Shown: in pieces, positions 1-10,094 of the stretch | Position numbering within the stretch: the first letter of the stretch is position 1 | Layout of the letters: each line of letters starts with the position of its first letter | Source: a virus | IMG/VR virus record: IMGVR_UViG_3300034022_001261 | Strand: one strand, 5' to 3' | Length of the DNA stretch: 64,000 bases | Program-made: the position numbers and the translations under genes | The notes under the pieces: generated by a model | Databases searched by the model: none | What the model saw: only the letters and a program-made list of their open reading frames with translations | Told to the model about the DNA's origin: nothing

Positions 1-2
1 CA

Positions 3-185
3 GAGACATACTCTATTCATACTCCGTATGAAGATGGTTCCTATTATCTTTTTGACGATTTGCAGTTTGAGTATTTTGGGGATTCAGCAACTCCAAATTA
101 TTTGCAAATAGATACTACTTTGACTATTAGTTCCAAAATGTCAAAGATGCTGCACAAGATTAAAAGATTAGAAAAAGGACAATAG
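3..185 (+). CDS. 3' end of a hypothetical protein (truncated by window edge)
   Basis: Open frame from nt 3 (ETYSIHTPYEDG...KRLEKGQ) ending TAG at 183-185, 8 nt before the next ATG. Confidence 0.7.
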   Translation, partial: ETYSIHTPYEDGSYYLFDDLQFEYFGDSATPNYLQIDTTLTISSKMSKMLHKIKRLEKGQ

Positions 186-193
186 GTAGTTAA

Positions 194-1447
194 ATGTCAG
201 AATTTATTTATACTAAAAAAAGAACAAAGCAATATAATGGCCCGCTTAATAGTGACGATCATAATGCGAGAATAGAAGAAAATTATAAAGATTTAGTATA
301 CCTTTATAATAAATATAATATATTTGACCAAAAACTTTCTGAAGCTTTTGAGAGAGTATTGAAAGACCATGTATTTATTAATCAATACATAAAAGATATG
401 GATGATAGAATAATAGCGCTTGAGTCTAATGATAATTTAATATCTATTCACTCCCTGTCTCAGATAGATGTTACGGCCACACCAGAGGGAGAATTGACAA
501 TTCAAGCTGATGAGCTGCTTACCTACGACCCCGCCTACAATATCGTAACTCTACCTAAGATAGATGGATCTTCTCATTCTAAAGTTAAGTTCTTTACGCC
601 TAGCGATGGTCAGGTGATTGCTGATTTTTTTGAAACTAAAATATCCAACTCACTACCTGGGGTTGATGTTCCTGGTTGTACTTTGGACAGTAACAATATC
701 TATAATTCTATTTTAGATAGATCGGATAAGTTTTGGAAAAGAAGTATTATTGCAGATGCGGTTTCTCCTTATGGAGCTCAAACATATGTTTATGTTAAAA
801 TACCTTCTGAGTATAGTGGCTCTAAGAAATGTAACTTTTTTAAATTAAATCCATTTCCTACCTTTGGGGTAGATATTCTCTCTATAGAGTACACAACGGT
901 CCAGGAGCCAACTTTAAGTCAGTCTGATAACTGGATACCATTGAACAGAGATCGCGTCTATGACGGCGATCCAGAGGCCATAGGCAAGGTCCCACCAGGT
1001 GGTTGGAGCACCATAGGTTCCGATGCTATTTTAAATTCTGGTCCTATAGCATTCTACTTTGCAGAGCTAGATGTAACAGCTATAAGATTTGTTATGCGTC
1101 AAAAGAATTATTTTACAGAAAATGGAAAATATATCTATACTTATGGCCTGTCTGACATGGACATAAGATACGATAAGTTTCTCCCTACTGGAAGAATTAT
1201 ATTTAAATTTGATGCCCCTCAAGGGACTTTGATTGACTCGATAGTCTCAGTCACCCCTAAGATATTTAACGTATCCCAATCCTTACTTTCTGACGTCTTT
1301 GAATATAGGGTAATTTACAATGATGGGTCAGTATATACTGAAGAAAATCCGGGATCTTCCAATACCGTATGGATAGAAGTTACTTTAAACCAACTTCCAG
1401 ATGGCACCGCCCCAGTATTATCTGATTTAATAATAAATTATAACTAA
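194..1447 (+). CDS. Hypothetical protein, possibly virion/baseplate structural
   Basis: 417-aa ORF; N-terminal coiled-coil-like segment then beta-rich body; no catalytic motif recognised. Confidence 0.5.
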   Translation: MSEFIYTKKRTKQYNGPLNSDDHNARIEENYKDLVYLYNKYNIFDQKLSEAFERVLKDHVFINQYIKDMDDRIIALESNDNLISIHSLSQIDVTATPEGELTIQADELLTYDPAYNIVTLPKIDGSSHSKVKFFTPSDGQVIADFFETKISNSLPGVDVPGCTLDSNNIYNSILDRSDKFWKRSIIADAVSPYGAQTYVYVKIPSEYSGSKKCNFFKLNPFPTFGVDILSIEYTTVQEPTLSQSDNWIPLNRDRVYDGDPEAIGKVPPGGWSTIGSDAILNSGPIAFYFAELDVTAIRFVMRQKNYFTENGKYIYTYGLSDMDIRYDKFLPTGRIIFKFDAPQGTLIDSIVSVTPKIFNVSQSLLSDVFEYRVIYNDGSVYTEENPGSSNTVWIEVTLNQLPDGTAPVLSDLIINYN

Positions 1448-1465
1448 AAATATCTCTTAGACCAA

Positions 1466-1473
1466 TTACTATA
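1466..1473 (+). promoter_or_regulatory. Putative late promoter motif TTACTATA
   Basis: Same motif recurs in intergenic DNA upstream of several structural-type genes; AAGGAG RBS before ATG 1505. Confidence 0.6.
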
Positions 1474-1504
1474 TACTTCTAAGAGCTTATTTAAGGAGAT
1501 TAAA

Positions 1505-2131
1505 ATGGCCACATCTTACGTAGGACCTCGTCCAATCCTGAAGGGTCAAAACACCAATCAAATGGTAAACCCTTATACTACCATGTCTGGAAAAGCTAAG
1601 GGCACGGGAACTTACTCATACTACCCACTGTACAGCACCAGTCACATTCTCGATGGTGCCCCAGATAACCATCATGTTCCTGGAACAGGATACTTCCCTG
1701 GCAATGTATTCATGTCACAGATTTTCAATGGTTCAACACTTTACATCCATCCTTTGGCTGGAGCATTCCCTGACGGCACTGCTACATATGATGGTGCTAG
1801 ATTCCGTCCGATGGAATTCAAAGGTCTTGCTGGGGCTAAGGCATTCCCAACTTCTTTTGGTCACGCTGAAAGAGAAAATGAATACAAGCTTCGTCAGTAT
1901 GCTTTCAAGGGTGTCGCGTCAGCAGTAGCTTTTGCCAATACCGGTCACGCTGCAAGAACAGATGCACAAGGTGCTCCAGCTTCCTACGGTTACTTCAGAC
2001 CAGAAGAAGAGCATGGCGTAGCAAGTGCTAAAGTTTTCCCATCAACCTTTGGTCAAGCTAATACAGCTAGTGAATATGGAAGACAAAAAGTTCAGGAGTG
2101 GAAGGGCATCCCTTCCGCAAAAGCTTTGTAG
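1505..2131 (+). CDS. Hypothetical late protein with two internal repeats
   Basis: 208 aa; strong RBS; repeats AKAFPTSFGHA..EY..KG and AKVFPSTFGQA..EY..KG. Confidence 0.7.
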   Translation: MATSYVGPRPILKGQNTNQMVNPYTTMSGKAKGTGTYSYYPLYSTSHILDGAPDNHHVPGTGYFPGNVFMSQIFNGSTLYIHPLAGAFPDGTATYDGARFRPMEFKGLAGAKAFPTSFGHAERENEYKLRQYAFKGVASAVAFANTGHAARTDAQGAPASYGYFRPEEEHGVASAKVFPSTFGQANTASEYGRQKVQEWKGIPSAKAL

Positions 2132-2220
2132 AATACTACAAACATAAATTACAATAACCGTAACTGAGATTATTAGCAGGAGTCCTGCTATAATGTTTGA
2201 AGCGGAAATGTTGTAGGATT

Positions 2221-2246
2221 TCCCGCTCTCTATAGAGCGGGATTTT
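2221..2246 (+). terminator. Intrinsic terminator-like hairpin
   Basis: TCCCGCTCT-CTAT-AGAGCGGGA followed by TTTT. Confidence 0.65.
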
Positions 2247-2297
2247 CTATTCTTGGAGCAGTTTTATAGGTTTCGATATCTTTGGATAGGAATATAA

Positions 2298-3005
2298 GTG
2301 TCAGTGTCAATTGAAGATCTCGAAAAGGTAGTTAGAGATGACATCCTTCCTACAGAAGTAGCTGATATGTATTTGAGAATCTATGTTGCAGACATTGATT
2401 GGAAGCCACACCTTGGTCAATTATGGTCTAACGTTAGTGCAAAAAGCACCGATGCTGATGCTGCTAAGGCTCAAATAAAAAAGGTTATTGCATGCACTAC
2501 ACTACTGCCAGCCTATGACAAGACATCATTAACTAGCCCTCCACAGAACTTACTATTTTGGTGTGCAACTTGGGCTCAGTTCAATGAAAGAGATTGGCTT
2601 GACCTATATAAGAATGTGGTTAAGGCAGATATAGAGATTCAAAAAAATAGAAAACAAATTCTACACCTAGGAGTCATAGACTCGGTAGACTACATACCAT
2701 TGACCAGACAAGCCTTTAATTGGATATACTCTAAGGCAGAACAAAATGACGTCATTAATCCCGGCAATAAAGATGAGCTAGTTAAGAAGTTTCAAAATTT
2801 AGTTAGAATATACGGTGGTGCCACAATATGTAACTTGTTTAGCAAGCACCAAAAGAACATAGACAAGATTGTTAATTGGAGAAGTGGATATTTTATTGAG
2901 AAAGAAATTTATAAAATATATACCATGGAACAGATAACAAAAATCAAGCAAACTGAACTCAGTAAGATTGACCCAAAACACGTTAAAACATTAGTAAAAA
3001 AATAG
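2298..3005 (+). CDS. Hypothetical protein
   Basis: 235-aa ORF, GTG start after TAGGA. Confidence 0.7.
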   Translation: MSVSIEDLEKVVRDDILPTEVADMYLRIYVADIDWKPHLGQLWSNVSAKSTDADAAKAQIKKVIACTTLLPAYDKTSLTSPPQNLLFWCATWAQFNERDWLDLYKNVVKADIEIQKNRKQILHLGVIDSVDYIPLTRQAFNWIYSKAEQNDVINPGNKDELVKKFQNLVRIYGGATICNLFSKHQKNIDKIVNWRSGYFIEKEIYKIYTMEQITKIKQTELSKIDPKHVKTLVKK

Positions 3006-3015
3006 GAGAAACTCA

Positions 3016-5118
3016 ATGTCAAATGAAATCACAACCCAAGAATTAACAGCTCAATCAATAGGAAGTAAATCTTCTTTATTTTTCTCCTTTAGAATCAGTG
3101 ATGATTTCCTAGAAACATATAGAAATAAGAAAGCGCCATTTGGATATAGAGATGCTGGAGGCAACTCAGTAGGAGAGATAACATTCCTTCGCACCTATTC
3201 AAGACTAAAAGAAGATGGTACAAAAGAAACTTGGGTAGATGTTTGCGAACGTGTCATTAACGGCATGTACTCCCTACAGAAGGATCACTGTAAGTCAAGT
3301 CGCCTTCCATGGAATGATGTAAAGGCACAGGCTAGTGCAAAAGATGCTTTTGATCGTTTGTTCAATCTAAAGTGGACACCACCTGGGCGTGGGCTATGGA
3401 TGATGGGAACTAAGATTGTTAACGTACACAAGAACTCCGCAGCTCTGCAAAACTGTGCGTTTGTTAGCACGTCAGAAATGTCAAAAAATAATCCGTCTAA
3501 ACCATTTATGTTTTTAATGGAAGCTTCGATGCTTGGAGTTGGCGTAGGCTTTGATGACAAAGGTGCGGATAAAGATTTTACTATACATAAGCCAGTAGAT
3601 AAGGTGACAACAGACGTTATCGCAGACGACAGAGAGAGCTGGGCGAGAGCTACTGGTGATTTGATCAACTCTTATCTTAAGCCGGAACAAAATACAATTG
3701 AATTTGACTACTCTTTAATCAGACCATTAGGTAGCCCAATTCAAACGTTTGGTGGTACTGCTTCAGGACCAGCTCCTTTGATAAAGCTGCACAACGCTAT
3801 TAGAAAAATATTTAATGGACGTAGTGGAGAAAAACTAACTCGTAGAGATATTGCAGACATAGGCAACCTTATTGGAGTGTGCGTAGTATCCGGCAACGTT
3901 AGACGTTCAGCTGAACTTCTAATAGGGAGAATTGATGATGAAGATTTTCTTAATCTAAAGAATGCTGAAGTGTTCCCAGAAAGAAACTCTTATGATTCAG
4001 AAAATCCGGGTTGGGGATGGATGTCTAATAACTCGGTAGAAGTTTCAGTTGGCCAAGATCTCTCTGCTATAGTTGACGGCATTGCTAGAAATGGTGAACC
4101 AGGAGTAATCTGGATGGACATGGCACGCAAGTATGGTCGTTTAGCAGATCCTATCAACAACAAGGACCACAGAATTGCTGGCTTTAACCCGTGTGCAGAA
4201 CAATCGCTAGAGTCTTATGAGTGCTGTACTTTAGTGGAAACATACTTAGGCAGACATGAATCTCTTGAGGACTTTAAGCGTACGCTAAAGTTTGCGTACT
4301 TATATGCTAAGACTGTGACTCTTCTCCCTACTCATTGGGAAGAGACAAATGCAATCATGCAACGTAACCGTCGTATTGGGGCTTCAATGTCCGGGGTTGC
4401 AGACTTTGCAGACACAAACGGCATGCCAGTACTAAGAGAGTGGATGGACCAAGGATACAAGACAGTCCAAAGATATGACAATATCTATTCCGAATGGCTT
4501 GGAGTTCGTGAGTCGATCAAGATGACGACAGTAAAGCCTTCTGGAACTGTTTCAATTCTGGCTGGAGAGTCTCCTGGTGTTCACTGGACTCCAGGAGGCA
4601 AGTACTTCAATAGAACAATTAGATTCTCAAATGATGATCCTATGCTTCCTTTGTTTGTAATGGCTAACTATAAAGTTGAACCAGCATCTGAATCTCCAGA
4701 TACAACTTCTGTTGTTTATTTCCCGATAAAGTCTGATGCAAGACGTGCTGAGCGTGATGTAACCATCTTTGAGAAGATGTCTTTAGCTGCAGTAGCACAA
4801 AGATACTGGTCTGACAACTCTGTTTCGGTAACCATTTCTTTTGATCCAGAAACAGAATCTGAGCATGTTGGGACCGTATTGCACATGTACGATGGGCAGC
4901 TTAAGACTGTGTCATTCCTTCCATCAGGAAACTTTACTTACCCCCAGATGCCATATACTCAAATTACAGAAGAAGAGTATCGTGAAGAGGGGGAGAATAA
5001 ATTGTTCCCTATAGATTTCTCTGGGGTGTATGCAGGAATGGCAGCTGATGCTATTGGCGAAAGTTACTGCACAACAGACAGCTGCGAGATAAAGTTAATT
5101 AAAGACAACATTAAATAG
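3016..5118 (+). CDS. nrdJ: Class II (B12-dependent) ribonucleotide reductase
   Basis: WTPPGRGLW, ALQNC, VVSGNVRRSA, GFNPCAEQ, TTVKPSGTVS motifs; no intein evident at 700 aa. Confidence 0.95.
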   Translation: MSNEITTQELTAQSIGSKSSLFFSFRISDDFLETYRNKKAPFGYRDAGGNSVGEITFLRTYSRLKEDGTKETWVDVCERVINGMYSLQKDHCKSSRLPWNDVKAQASAKDAFDRLFNLKWTPPGRGLWMMGTKIVNVHKNSAALQNCAFVSTSEMSKNNPSKPFMFLMEASMLGVGVGFDDKGADKDFTIHKPVDKVTTDVIADDRESWARATGDLINSYLKPEQNTIEFDYSLIRPLGSPIQTFGGTASGPAPLIKLHNAIRKIFNGRSGEKLTRRDIADIGNLIGVCVVSGNVRRSAELLIGRIDDEDFLNLKNAEVFPERNSYDSENPGWGWMSNNSVEVSVGQDLSAIVDGIARNGEPGVIWMDMARKYGRLADPINNKDHRIAGFNPCAEQSLESYECCTLVETYLGRHESLEDFKRTLKFAYLYAKTVTLLPTHWEETNAIMQRNRRIGASMSGVADFADTNGMPVLREWMDQGYKTVQRYDNIYSEWLGVRESIKMTTVKPSGTVSILAGESPGVHWTPGGKYFNRTIRFSNDDPMLPLFVMANYKVEPASESPDTTSVVYFPIKSDARRAERDVTIFEKMSLAAVAQRYWSDNSVSVTISFDPETESEHVGTVLHMYDGQLKTVSFLPSGNFTYPQMPYTQITEEEYREEGENKLFPIDFSGVYAGMAADAIGESYCTTDSCEIKLIKDNIK

Positions 5119-5125
5119 GATACTT

Positions 5126-5476
5126 ATGTCAGAATTTGAAGATGATGATATAGATAAAATGTTTGAAGAAATGATGTCTTCAGATGACAATGATGTAGAT
5201 TTGCCTAGAATAGACGCTATAATTAGCATAGAACAAGTAAGTCTTGAAAGCATGATGAAAGAGTTAGTTTTTATCTCTCAATCATTATCTCAAAGCCTAG
5301 TCCATATTAACGAACTATTATTAAATTATATATCTTTTGACGATTATGATATAGATAGTACATTAAAAGATATACTTGGTAATATGTATAAATTGTCTGA
5401 GGATTTAGACGATCATATTATAGAAATAATGATAGAAGACTCACAGTTTAACGACGAAGAAGAAGATGATGAATAA
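5126..5476 (+). CDS. Acidic hypothetical protein
   Basis: 116 aa, D/E-rich, coupled between nrdJ and thyX. Confidence 0.7.
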   Translation: MSEFEDDDIDKMFEEMMSSDDNDVDLPRIDAIISIEQVSLESMMKELVFISQSLSQSLVHINELLLNYISFDDYDIDSTLKDILGNMYKLSEDLDDHIIEIMIEDSQFNDEEEDDE

Positions 5477-6179
5477 AGAAAACAATTTAATAGAAGTACT
5501 AGGCAATGGCTATGTGAGATTAGTCGATCACATGGGTAGCGATCTTTCTGTTGTAAATGCAGCTAGAGCATCTTTTGCCAAAGAAAGCAAAGAGTTTGGC
5601 ACTAGCGATGCTAGATTAATTGATTTCTTAGCTAGAGAAAATCATATGTCGCCATTCAGACACGCCTTTATGACCTTCGAATTTAAGGCCCCTTTAATGG
5701 TCGCAAGACAACACTGGAAGTACGTAGTTGGATCAGATCATACCATGGACTCATGGAACGAATCTTCTCGTAGATACATAACTATGGAACCAGAATTCTA
5801 TGTCCCTAATAATGATCAATGGAGACTAGCTCCTGAAGACAAGAAGCAAGGGTCTGCAGGTTTATGTGATCCGTTCTCCGGAGCAATCTTAACAGAACAA
5901 CTGAATAGATGCATCGAACAAGGTGAAGCTTTCTATAACTTAGCTCTGGAAAATGGAATAGCTCCAGAGCAAGCGAGATTATTTCTCCCAGCCTATTCAA
6001 TGCATGTAGTTTATAGGTGGTCTTGCAGTCTTCAATCAGTTGGTTTATTCTTAGCTCAAAGACTAGAAGAACAATCTCAAGAAGAGATTAGAGTTTACGC
6101 TCAGGCAATTGCCGAGCTAGTGAGAGACCTATACCCTGTTTCCATAAATGCATTAGTGGGCAGTCGTGTTTATAGTTAG
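5466..6179 (+). CDS. thyX: Flavin-dependent thymidylate synthase
   Basis: HMSPFRH, RQHWK..NESSRRY, APEQARLFLP, QEEIRVYA motifs. Confidence 0.93.
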   Translation: MMNKENNLIEVLGNGYVRLVDHMGSDLSVVNAARASFAKESKEFGTSDARLIDFLARENHMSPFRHAFMTFEFKAPLMVARQHWKYVVGSDHTMDSWNESSRRYITMEPEFYVPNNDQWRLAPEDKKQGSAGLCDPFSGAILTEQLNRCIEQGEAFYNLALENGIAPEQARLFLPAYSMHVVYRWSCSLQSVGLFLAQRLEEQSQEEIRVYAQAIAELVRDLYPVSINALVGSRVYS

Positions 6180-6327
6180 CTTAATCCTATTCGCCATATT
6201 ACTCAATTGGACCATAAGCTTGTCCATATTAATGCAAGTGAGCGATAGTAAAAAAATAAAAATTAGATCTATTATTCTATCTGTAATATCCGGCATAGCT
6301 CTAGGTGTAGTAGTTCATTACTTATAA
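6166..6327 (+). CDS. Small two-helix membrane protein (53 aa, not in ORF track)
   Basis: GTG start; MFIVSLILFAILLNWTISLSILMQVSDSKKIKIRSIILSVISGIALGVVVHYL fills the gap between thyX and the deaminase. Confidence 0.6.
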   Translation: MFIVSLILFAILLNWTISLSILMQVSDSKKIKIRSIILSVISGIALGVVVHYL

Positions 6328-6328
6328 A

Positions 6329-6781
6329 ATGTCTTCTGATAGAAAAAATAAACAATACATGCAAATGTGTATTGCTACAGCTAATATATTCTCTACATGC
6401 GGTAAAAAGAAATACGCTGCGGTACTTGTTGACAGAAATGATCACATAGTTGGCATTGGTTATAATGGTGGGCCTAGGGGGTTTCAGCATTGTGAAGATG
6501 GGGGCTGTCCTAGATTTCAAGAGATGTCAGATAGCGGGTCTATCTATGATAACTGCATAGCAGTTCACGCAGAGGCTAATGCATTATTGCACTCTGACTA
6601 CAGTACTCAACCTTATAAAATATATGTTAATGGTCCACCATGTTTTTCTTGTGCCAAATTAATAGCTAATAGCACAGTTGAGCAGGTATACTATATTGCA
6701 GATAGTTCTTATGGAGATTGGGATAATGTTAATTCTTTTCTTCATAAAGCAAATGTCTTTACCTACGAGATAGAAATATAA
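6329..6781 (+). CDS. dCMP deaminase
   Basis: GYNGGP, HAEANAL and PCFSCAKLI Zn-deaminase motifs. Confidence 0.92.
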   Translation: MSSDRKNKQYMQMCIATANIFSTCGKKKYAAVLVDRNDHIVGIGYNGGPRGFQHCEDGGCPRFQEMSDSGSIYDNCIAVHAEANALLHSDYSTQPYKIYVNGPPCFSCAKLIANSTVEQVYYIADSSYGDWDNVNSFLHKANVFTYEIEI

Positions 6782-7017
6782 TGGCAGCGTCTAAAGTAAA
6801 CTACATAGTCCTATACAAAGGCCATAGTCAGGTATATGGTTGTTCCTCTAAGAAGATAGCACTAGAATCACCTCCTCCAGAAGGTTTTTCAATAGCAGAT
6901 AAGCGCATCTTATTCACTACATTTGAACCAGATACGAATAATCTTTCTGTATATGAAATACCAGAGAATGAAATCTTAAACGCAGAACTAAAAGAAAAGA
7001 AAGTTAAAAATGACTAA
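6781..7017 (+). CDS. Hypothetical protein
   Basis: 78 aa, stop/start overlap with deaminase. Confidence 0.65.
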   Translation: MAASKVNYIVLYKGHSQVYGCSSKKIALESPPPEGFSIADKRILFTTFEPDTNNLSVYEIPENEILNAELKEKKVKND

Positions 7018-7258
7018 GAAAAAGTCACAAAAGAAAAAAGTAATACTTAAAGTAAATCCAGGTGAAGCAATTTTTGTAGCTGATCTACAGGTATTAACTG
7101 ATATAATGGATACGTATTCTAGTATGACTAAAGAAGCTAAAGATCCCAAAGAAAAAGAAGCTTATTCAGATATAGTCAGCCAAATTCTAGACTGGACTAC
7201 TAGAACATATTATTCCGGTCAAGGAGATAGCGATGATGGCGATGAACAAGAATGGTAA
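7010..7258 (+). CDS. Hypothetical protein
   Basis: 82 aa, operon-coupled. Confidence 0.65.
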   Translation: MTKKKSQKKKVILKVNPGEAIFVADLQVLTDIMDTYSSMTKEAKDPKEKEAYSDIVSQILDWTTRTYYSGQGDSDDGDEQEW

Positions 7259-7514
7259 ACTAGCTTTAATGGTTTTAGGGTTTGCATCCTTGGGTTATCT
7301 ATTGGGGGAACTGAGTAAACAAAATTTTCTATCTCAAGAAGATAAAGAAAATATAAACCTCGAACAATACTTAAATAGATTAACTGAATTTGATTTAACC
7401 AAAGAAAAAGAAGCAACAGCTTTATTTTTAGACTTAATAGAAAATGGATTTTATCCACAGAGTGCATTTAATACAGTGCAAAAAGAATGTTTAGAAGCAG
7501 GAGAAATATTTTAA
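7233..7514 (+). CDS. Small protein with N-terminal membrane anchor
   Basis: Hydrophobic LALMVLGFASLGYLLG; likely start 7242. Confidence 0.6.
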   Translation: MMAMNKNGKLALMVLGFASLGYLLGELSKQNFLSQEDKENINLEQYLNRLTEFDLTKEKEATALFLDLIENGFYPQSAFNTVQKECLEAGEIF

Positions 7515-8329
7515 TGATTGACCTATGTGTGGTGAACCACAACACTAGAAAAGAGCTGCAAAGATTTTTGGATACTTTGCACTCAGACTTAATTAATCCA
7601 AATGGTGCGCTCGAAAAAAACTGGAATTTATACATAACGGATAATGAATCAACCGATGATTTTATCCCTTGGATTAGAGAGAATGAAGAACGTTATCTAA
7701 TTGACAATCTATATCTAAGAAAAAACATAGGGTATTCCGCTGCCATCAATAGCATGGCTAGCAAAACATCTGGAGATATTATTGCAGTACTAAACGGAGA
7801 TGTTTGGATGACTAGTCAAGACTGTCTAAAGATAGAACAAATCTTTATCGATAATCCAGATATTCATATTCTTGGGCCCAAGCAAAGAGATGAACAGGGA
7901 TTCATCACCCATGCGGGTATCATTGGAACCAACACAGAACCTAAGCACAGAGCCTGGAGAGAGGCAGACCCGCAAGACACTGCCTATAGAGATCGCATAG
8001 AATGCGTAACGGTTTCAGGTTCAGCATACTTCGTTAGAAGAGATGTATGGAATGCAATGACTAATCACCCCGACTACAGAGCTATCTATCCAGATGCTAT
8101 TGGAGCCTTCCTGCCTACTCCTCACTATTATGAAGAGACTTGGTGTTCATATTTTGCTAGACACCTTGGTTATAATGTAGTGTATGATGGTTCAGTATCA
8201 ATAGGGCACAGCTGGCACGCTAGCACTCCTAAGCCAGGTCAGGGAGTGAGTCACGCAGATTCCTATTTCCCTATAAGTAGAGAAATATTTAGAAAAGCAT
8301 GTGACCATATGGGGATAGAAAGAGATTAG
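7514..8329 (+). CDS. Glycosyltransferase family 2
   Basis: CVVNHN, ITDNESTD, NIGYSAAIN, VLNGDV, YYEET motifs; TAATG overlap gives start 7514. Confidence 0.85.
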   Translation: MIDLCVVNHNTRKELQRFLDTLHSDLINPNGALEKNWNLYITDNESTDDFIPWIRENEERYLIDNLYLRKNIGYSAAINSMASKTSGDIIAVLNGDVWMTSQDCLKIEQIFIDNPDIHILGPKQRDEQGFITHAGIIGTNTEPKHRAWREADPQDTAYRDRIECVTVSGSAYFVRRDVWNAMTNHPDYRAIYPDAIGAFLPTPHYYEETWCSYFARHLGYNVVYDGSVSIGHSWHASTPKPGQGVSHADSYFPISREIFRKACDHMGIERD

Positions 8330-8330
8330 G

Positions 8331-9287
8331 ATGAATGATCACAATAGTGATACCATTTTCATAGCAGTACCTGCTTTAAATGAATATTTCCTAGAAGAAA
8401 CTGTTGCTGACGCATATAAAAAAGCCAAAGATCCATCTAAAATTTATTTTGGGATCTTCAATCAAAAGACTGAAGGGGATGAATTCGAAAATTTTTCTGA
8501 TTACCCCAATGTTAAGAGTGTAAATATATCATATAAAGAACCACTTGGAGTAGGCCTAGCTAGATTGGGAAGTTCAATACTCCATGATCAGCAAGAATAT
8601 TTTTTGCAAATTGATGCACATACAATATTCTGTAAAGATTGGGACGCTATTCTAGTCGAAGATTTTAAACAATTAAAGAAGTATTGTGATAAACCACTGA
8701 TATCTCAATCTGTTGCATGGCACGGAGAAGAAGTATACTGTGATCCAGAAAAACAATATATTAACAATTTTGCTGGAGAAAAAGCGTATCCACTTTGCGC
8801 AAAGGAAGATGGGCTAAACACCAATGCAGATACTTCAAGAGAAGATGAAGAAAAAATATTTGGAAAGTTTTTAGAACATTACTTGTGCTTTGGTTGCGCA
8901 GGTGTTTTCGGTGATGCAAAGTTTTTATATGATGTTTCATATAACCCATTTGTTCCATTTAATCCAGAGCAAGAGTTAACGGCTCTAAGAGCTTCAACTA
9001 GGGGTTATAGATTCTTCAGCTCAGAGAAAACAGTTATGTCTACACTTAGCAAGAACGAAGAATTGGGTTTTACTAAAGAAAAATATTCAGACGATAGAGT
9101 TTTTGCATTTAATGGATATCTTGAATCTAGAAAAATATACGGTAATTGGGGACATGATTATCTTTATGGTAAAAAATTTGGTTTTTGGGGAGCTGAAAAC
9201 AAAGAACAATATGATCAGTATTTAGAGAAATCAAATAATAACTTTGAAGAAAATGACAAAAAATATCAGAATAGAAAAGAAAGATAA
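8331..9287 (+). CDS. GT-A glycosyltransferase, GT60/Skp1 GlcNAc-transferase-like
   Basis: IFIAVP, GVGLAR, YFLQIDAHTIF..WD, EQELTALRASTRGY; paralog of 52140..53162. Confidence 0.7.
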   Translation: MNDHNSDTIFIAVPALNEYFLEETVADAYKKAKDPSKIYFGIFNQKTEGDEFENFSDYPNVKSVNISYKEPLGVGLARLGSSILHDQQEYFLQIDAHTIFCKDWDAILVEDFKQLKKYCDKPLISQSVAWHGEEVYCDPEKQYINNFAGEKAYPLCAKEDGLNTNADTSREDEEKIFGKFLEHYLCFGCAGVFGDAKFLYDVSYNPFVPFNPEQELTALRASTRGYRFFSSEKTVMSTLSKNEELGFTKEKYSDDRVFAFNGYLESRKIYGNWGHDYLYGKKFGFWGAENKEQYDQYLEKSNNNFEENDKKYQNRKER

Positions 9288-9288
9288 A

Positions 9289-9687
9289 ATGACAGAAAAA
9301 TTAAACCCTTGGATTTATAATGCAGAAGTTAAAAAAATAGTTGATGGAGATACATTTGATATTCTTATTGACTTAGGATTTGATACCTTTAGGAAAGGTA
9401 GAGTGAGATTATATGGAGTAAATACTCCTGAGAGTCGCACTACTAATCTTGAAGAAAAGAAAATGGGCTTAGCTGCTAAAGAGTTTACAGATCAGTGGAT
9501 CACTACTGCCGGTCACAAGATTAAAATAGAAACAATTCTTGATAAAAATGAGAAATATGGAAGAATACTTGCTAGAGTATGGAACGAAGCAGGAGCTTGT
9601 TTGAACACAGACATAGTTACTGCAGGCTTAGCCAGAGAATACTTTGGCGTAGGCGACAAGACATTTCAGGAATTCAAGAAAGCATAA
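9289..9687 (+). CDS. Thermonuclease (SNase-like) family protein
   Basis: VKKIVDGDTFD, RVRLYGVNTPESR, EKYGRILA motifs. Confidence 0.88.
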   Translation: MTEKLNPWIYNAEVKKIVDGDTFDILIDLGFDTFRKGRVRLYGVNTPESRTTNLEEKKMGLAAKEFTDQWITTAGHKIKIETILDKNEKYGRILARVWNEAGACLNTDIVTAGLAREYFGVGDKTFQEFKKA

Positions 9688-9689
9688 CA

Positions 9690-10094
9690 GTGCAAACATT
9701 TTTACCATATGCAGATTTGGAATTATCTGTAAAAGTATTAGACTATAGACGGTTAGGAAAACAACGTGTTGAAACATTTCAAGTTCTTAATATATTACTC
9801 GACAGAACGCCTACGAAAGGCTGGAGAAACCATCCAGTCACTCGTATGTGGACTGGTTATGAAGAAGCATTAAAGCTATATCAAAATTACACCATCAACG
9901 AATGGGTCTCTAGAGGCTACAAGAATACAATGAAGCTTGAAGAAGTTGACTTAGAAGATGTAGTAATGCCACCATGGTTTGGGGTAGAATCTTTTCATCA
10001 ATCCCACAGATCAAACCTTTTGAGAAAAGATTATGAGTATTATTCACAGTTCTTTAACGAACCATCAGATTTAGAATACCTTTGGCCAGTATGA
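9690..10094 (+). CDS. Pyrimidine-dimer DNA glycosylase-like protein (MSMEG_6728-type)
   Basis: MQTFLPY..LDYRRLGKQRVE, WRNHPVTRMW, HQSHRSNLLRKD; GTG start; contains a normally read in-frame CGG-T. Confidence 0.85.
   Translation: MQTFLPYADLELSVKVLDYRRLGKQRVETFQVLNILLDRTPTKGWRNHPVTRMWTGYEEALKLYQNYTINEWVSRGYKNTMKLEEVDLEDVVMPPWFGVESFHQSHRSNLLRKDYEYYSQFFNEPSDLEYLWPV

Noticed and set aside
6240-6270. Possible A-run frameshift in the small membrane ORF
   Set aside because: Counting the A runs (7 and 5) gives a continuous frame 6166..6327.
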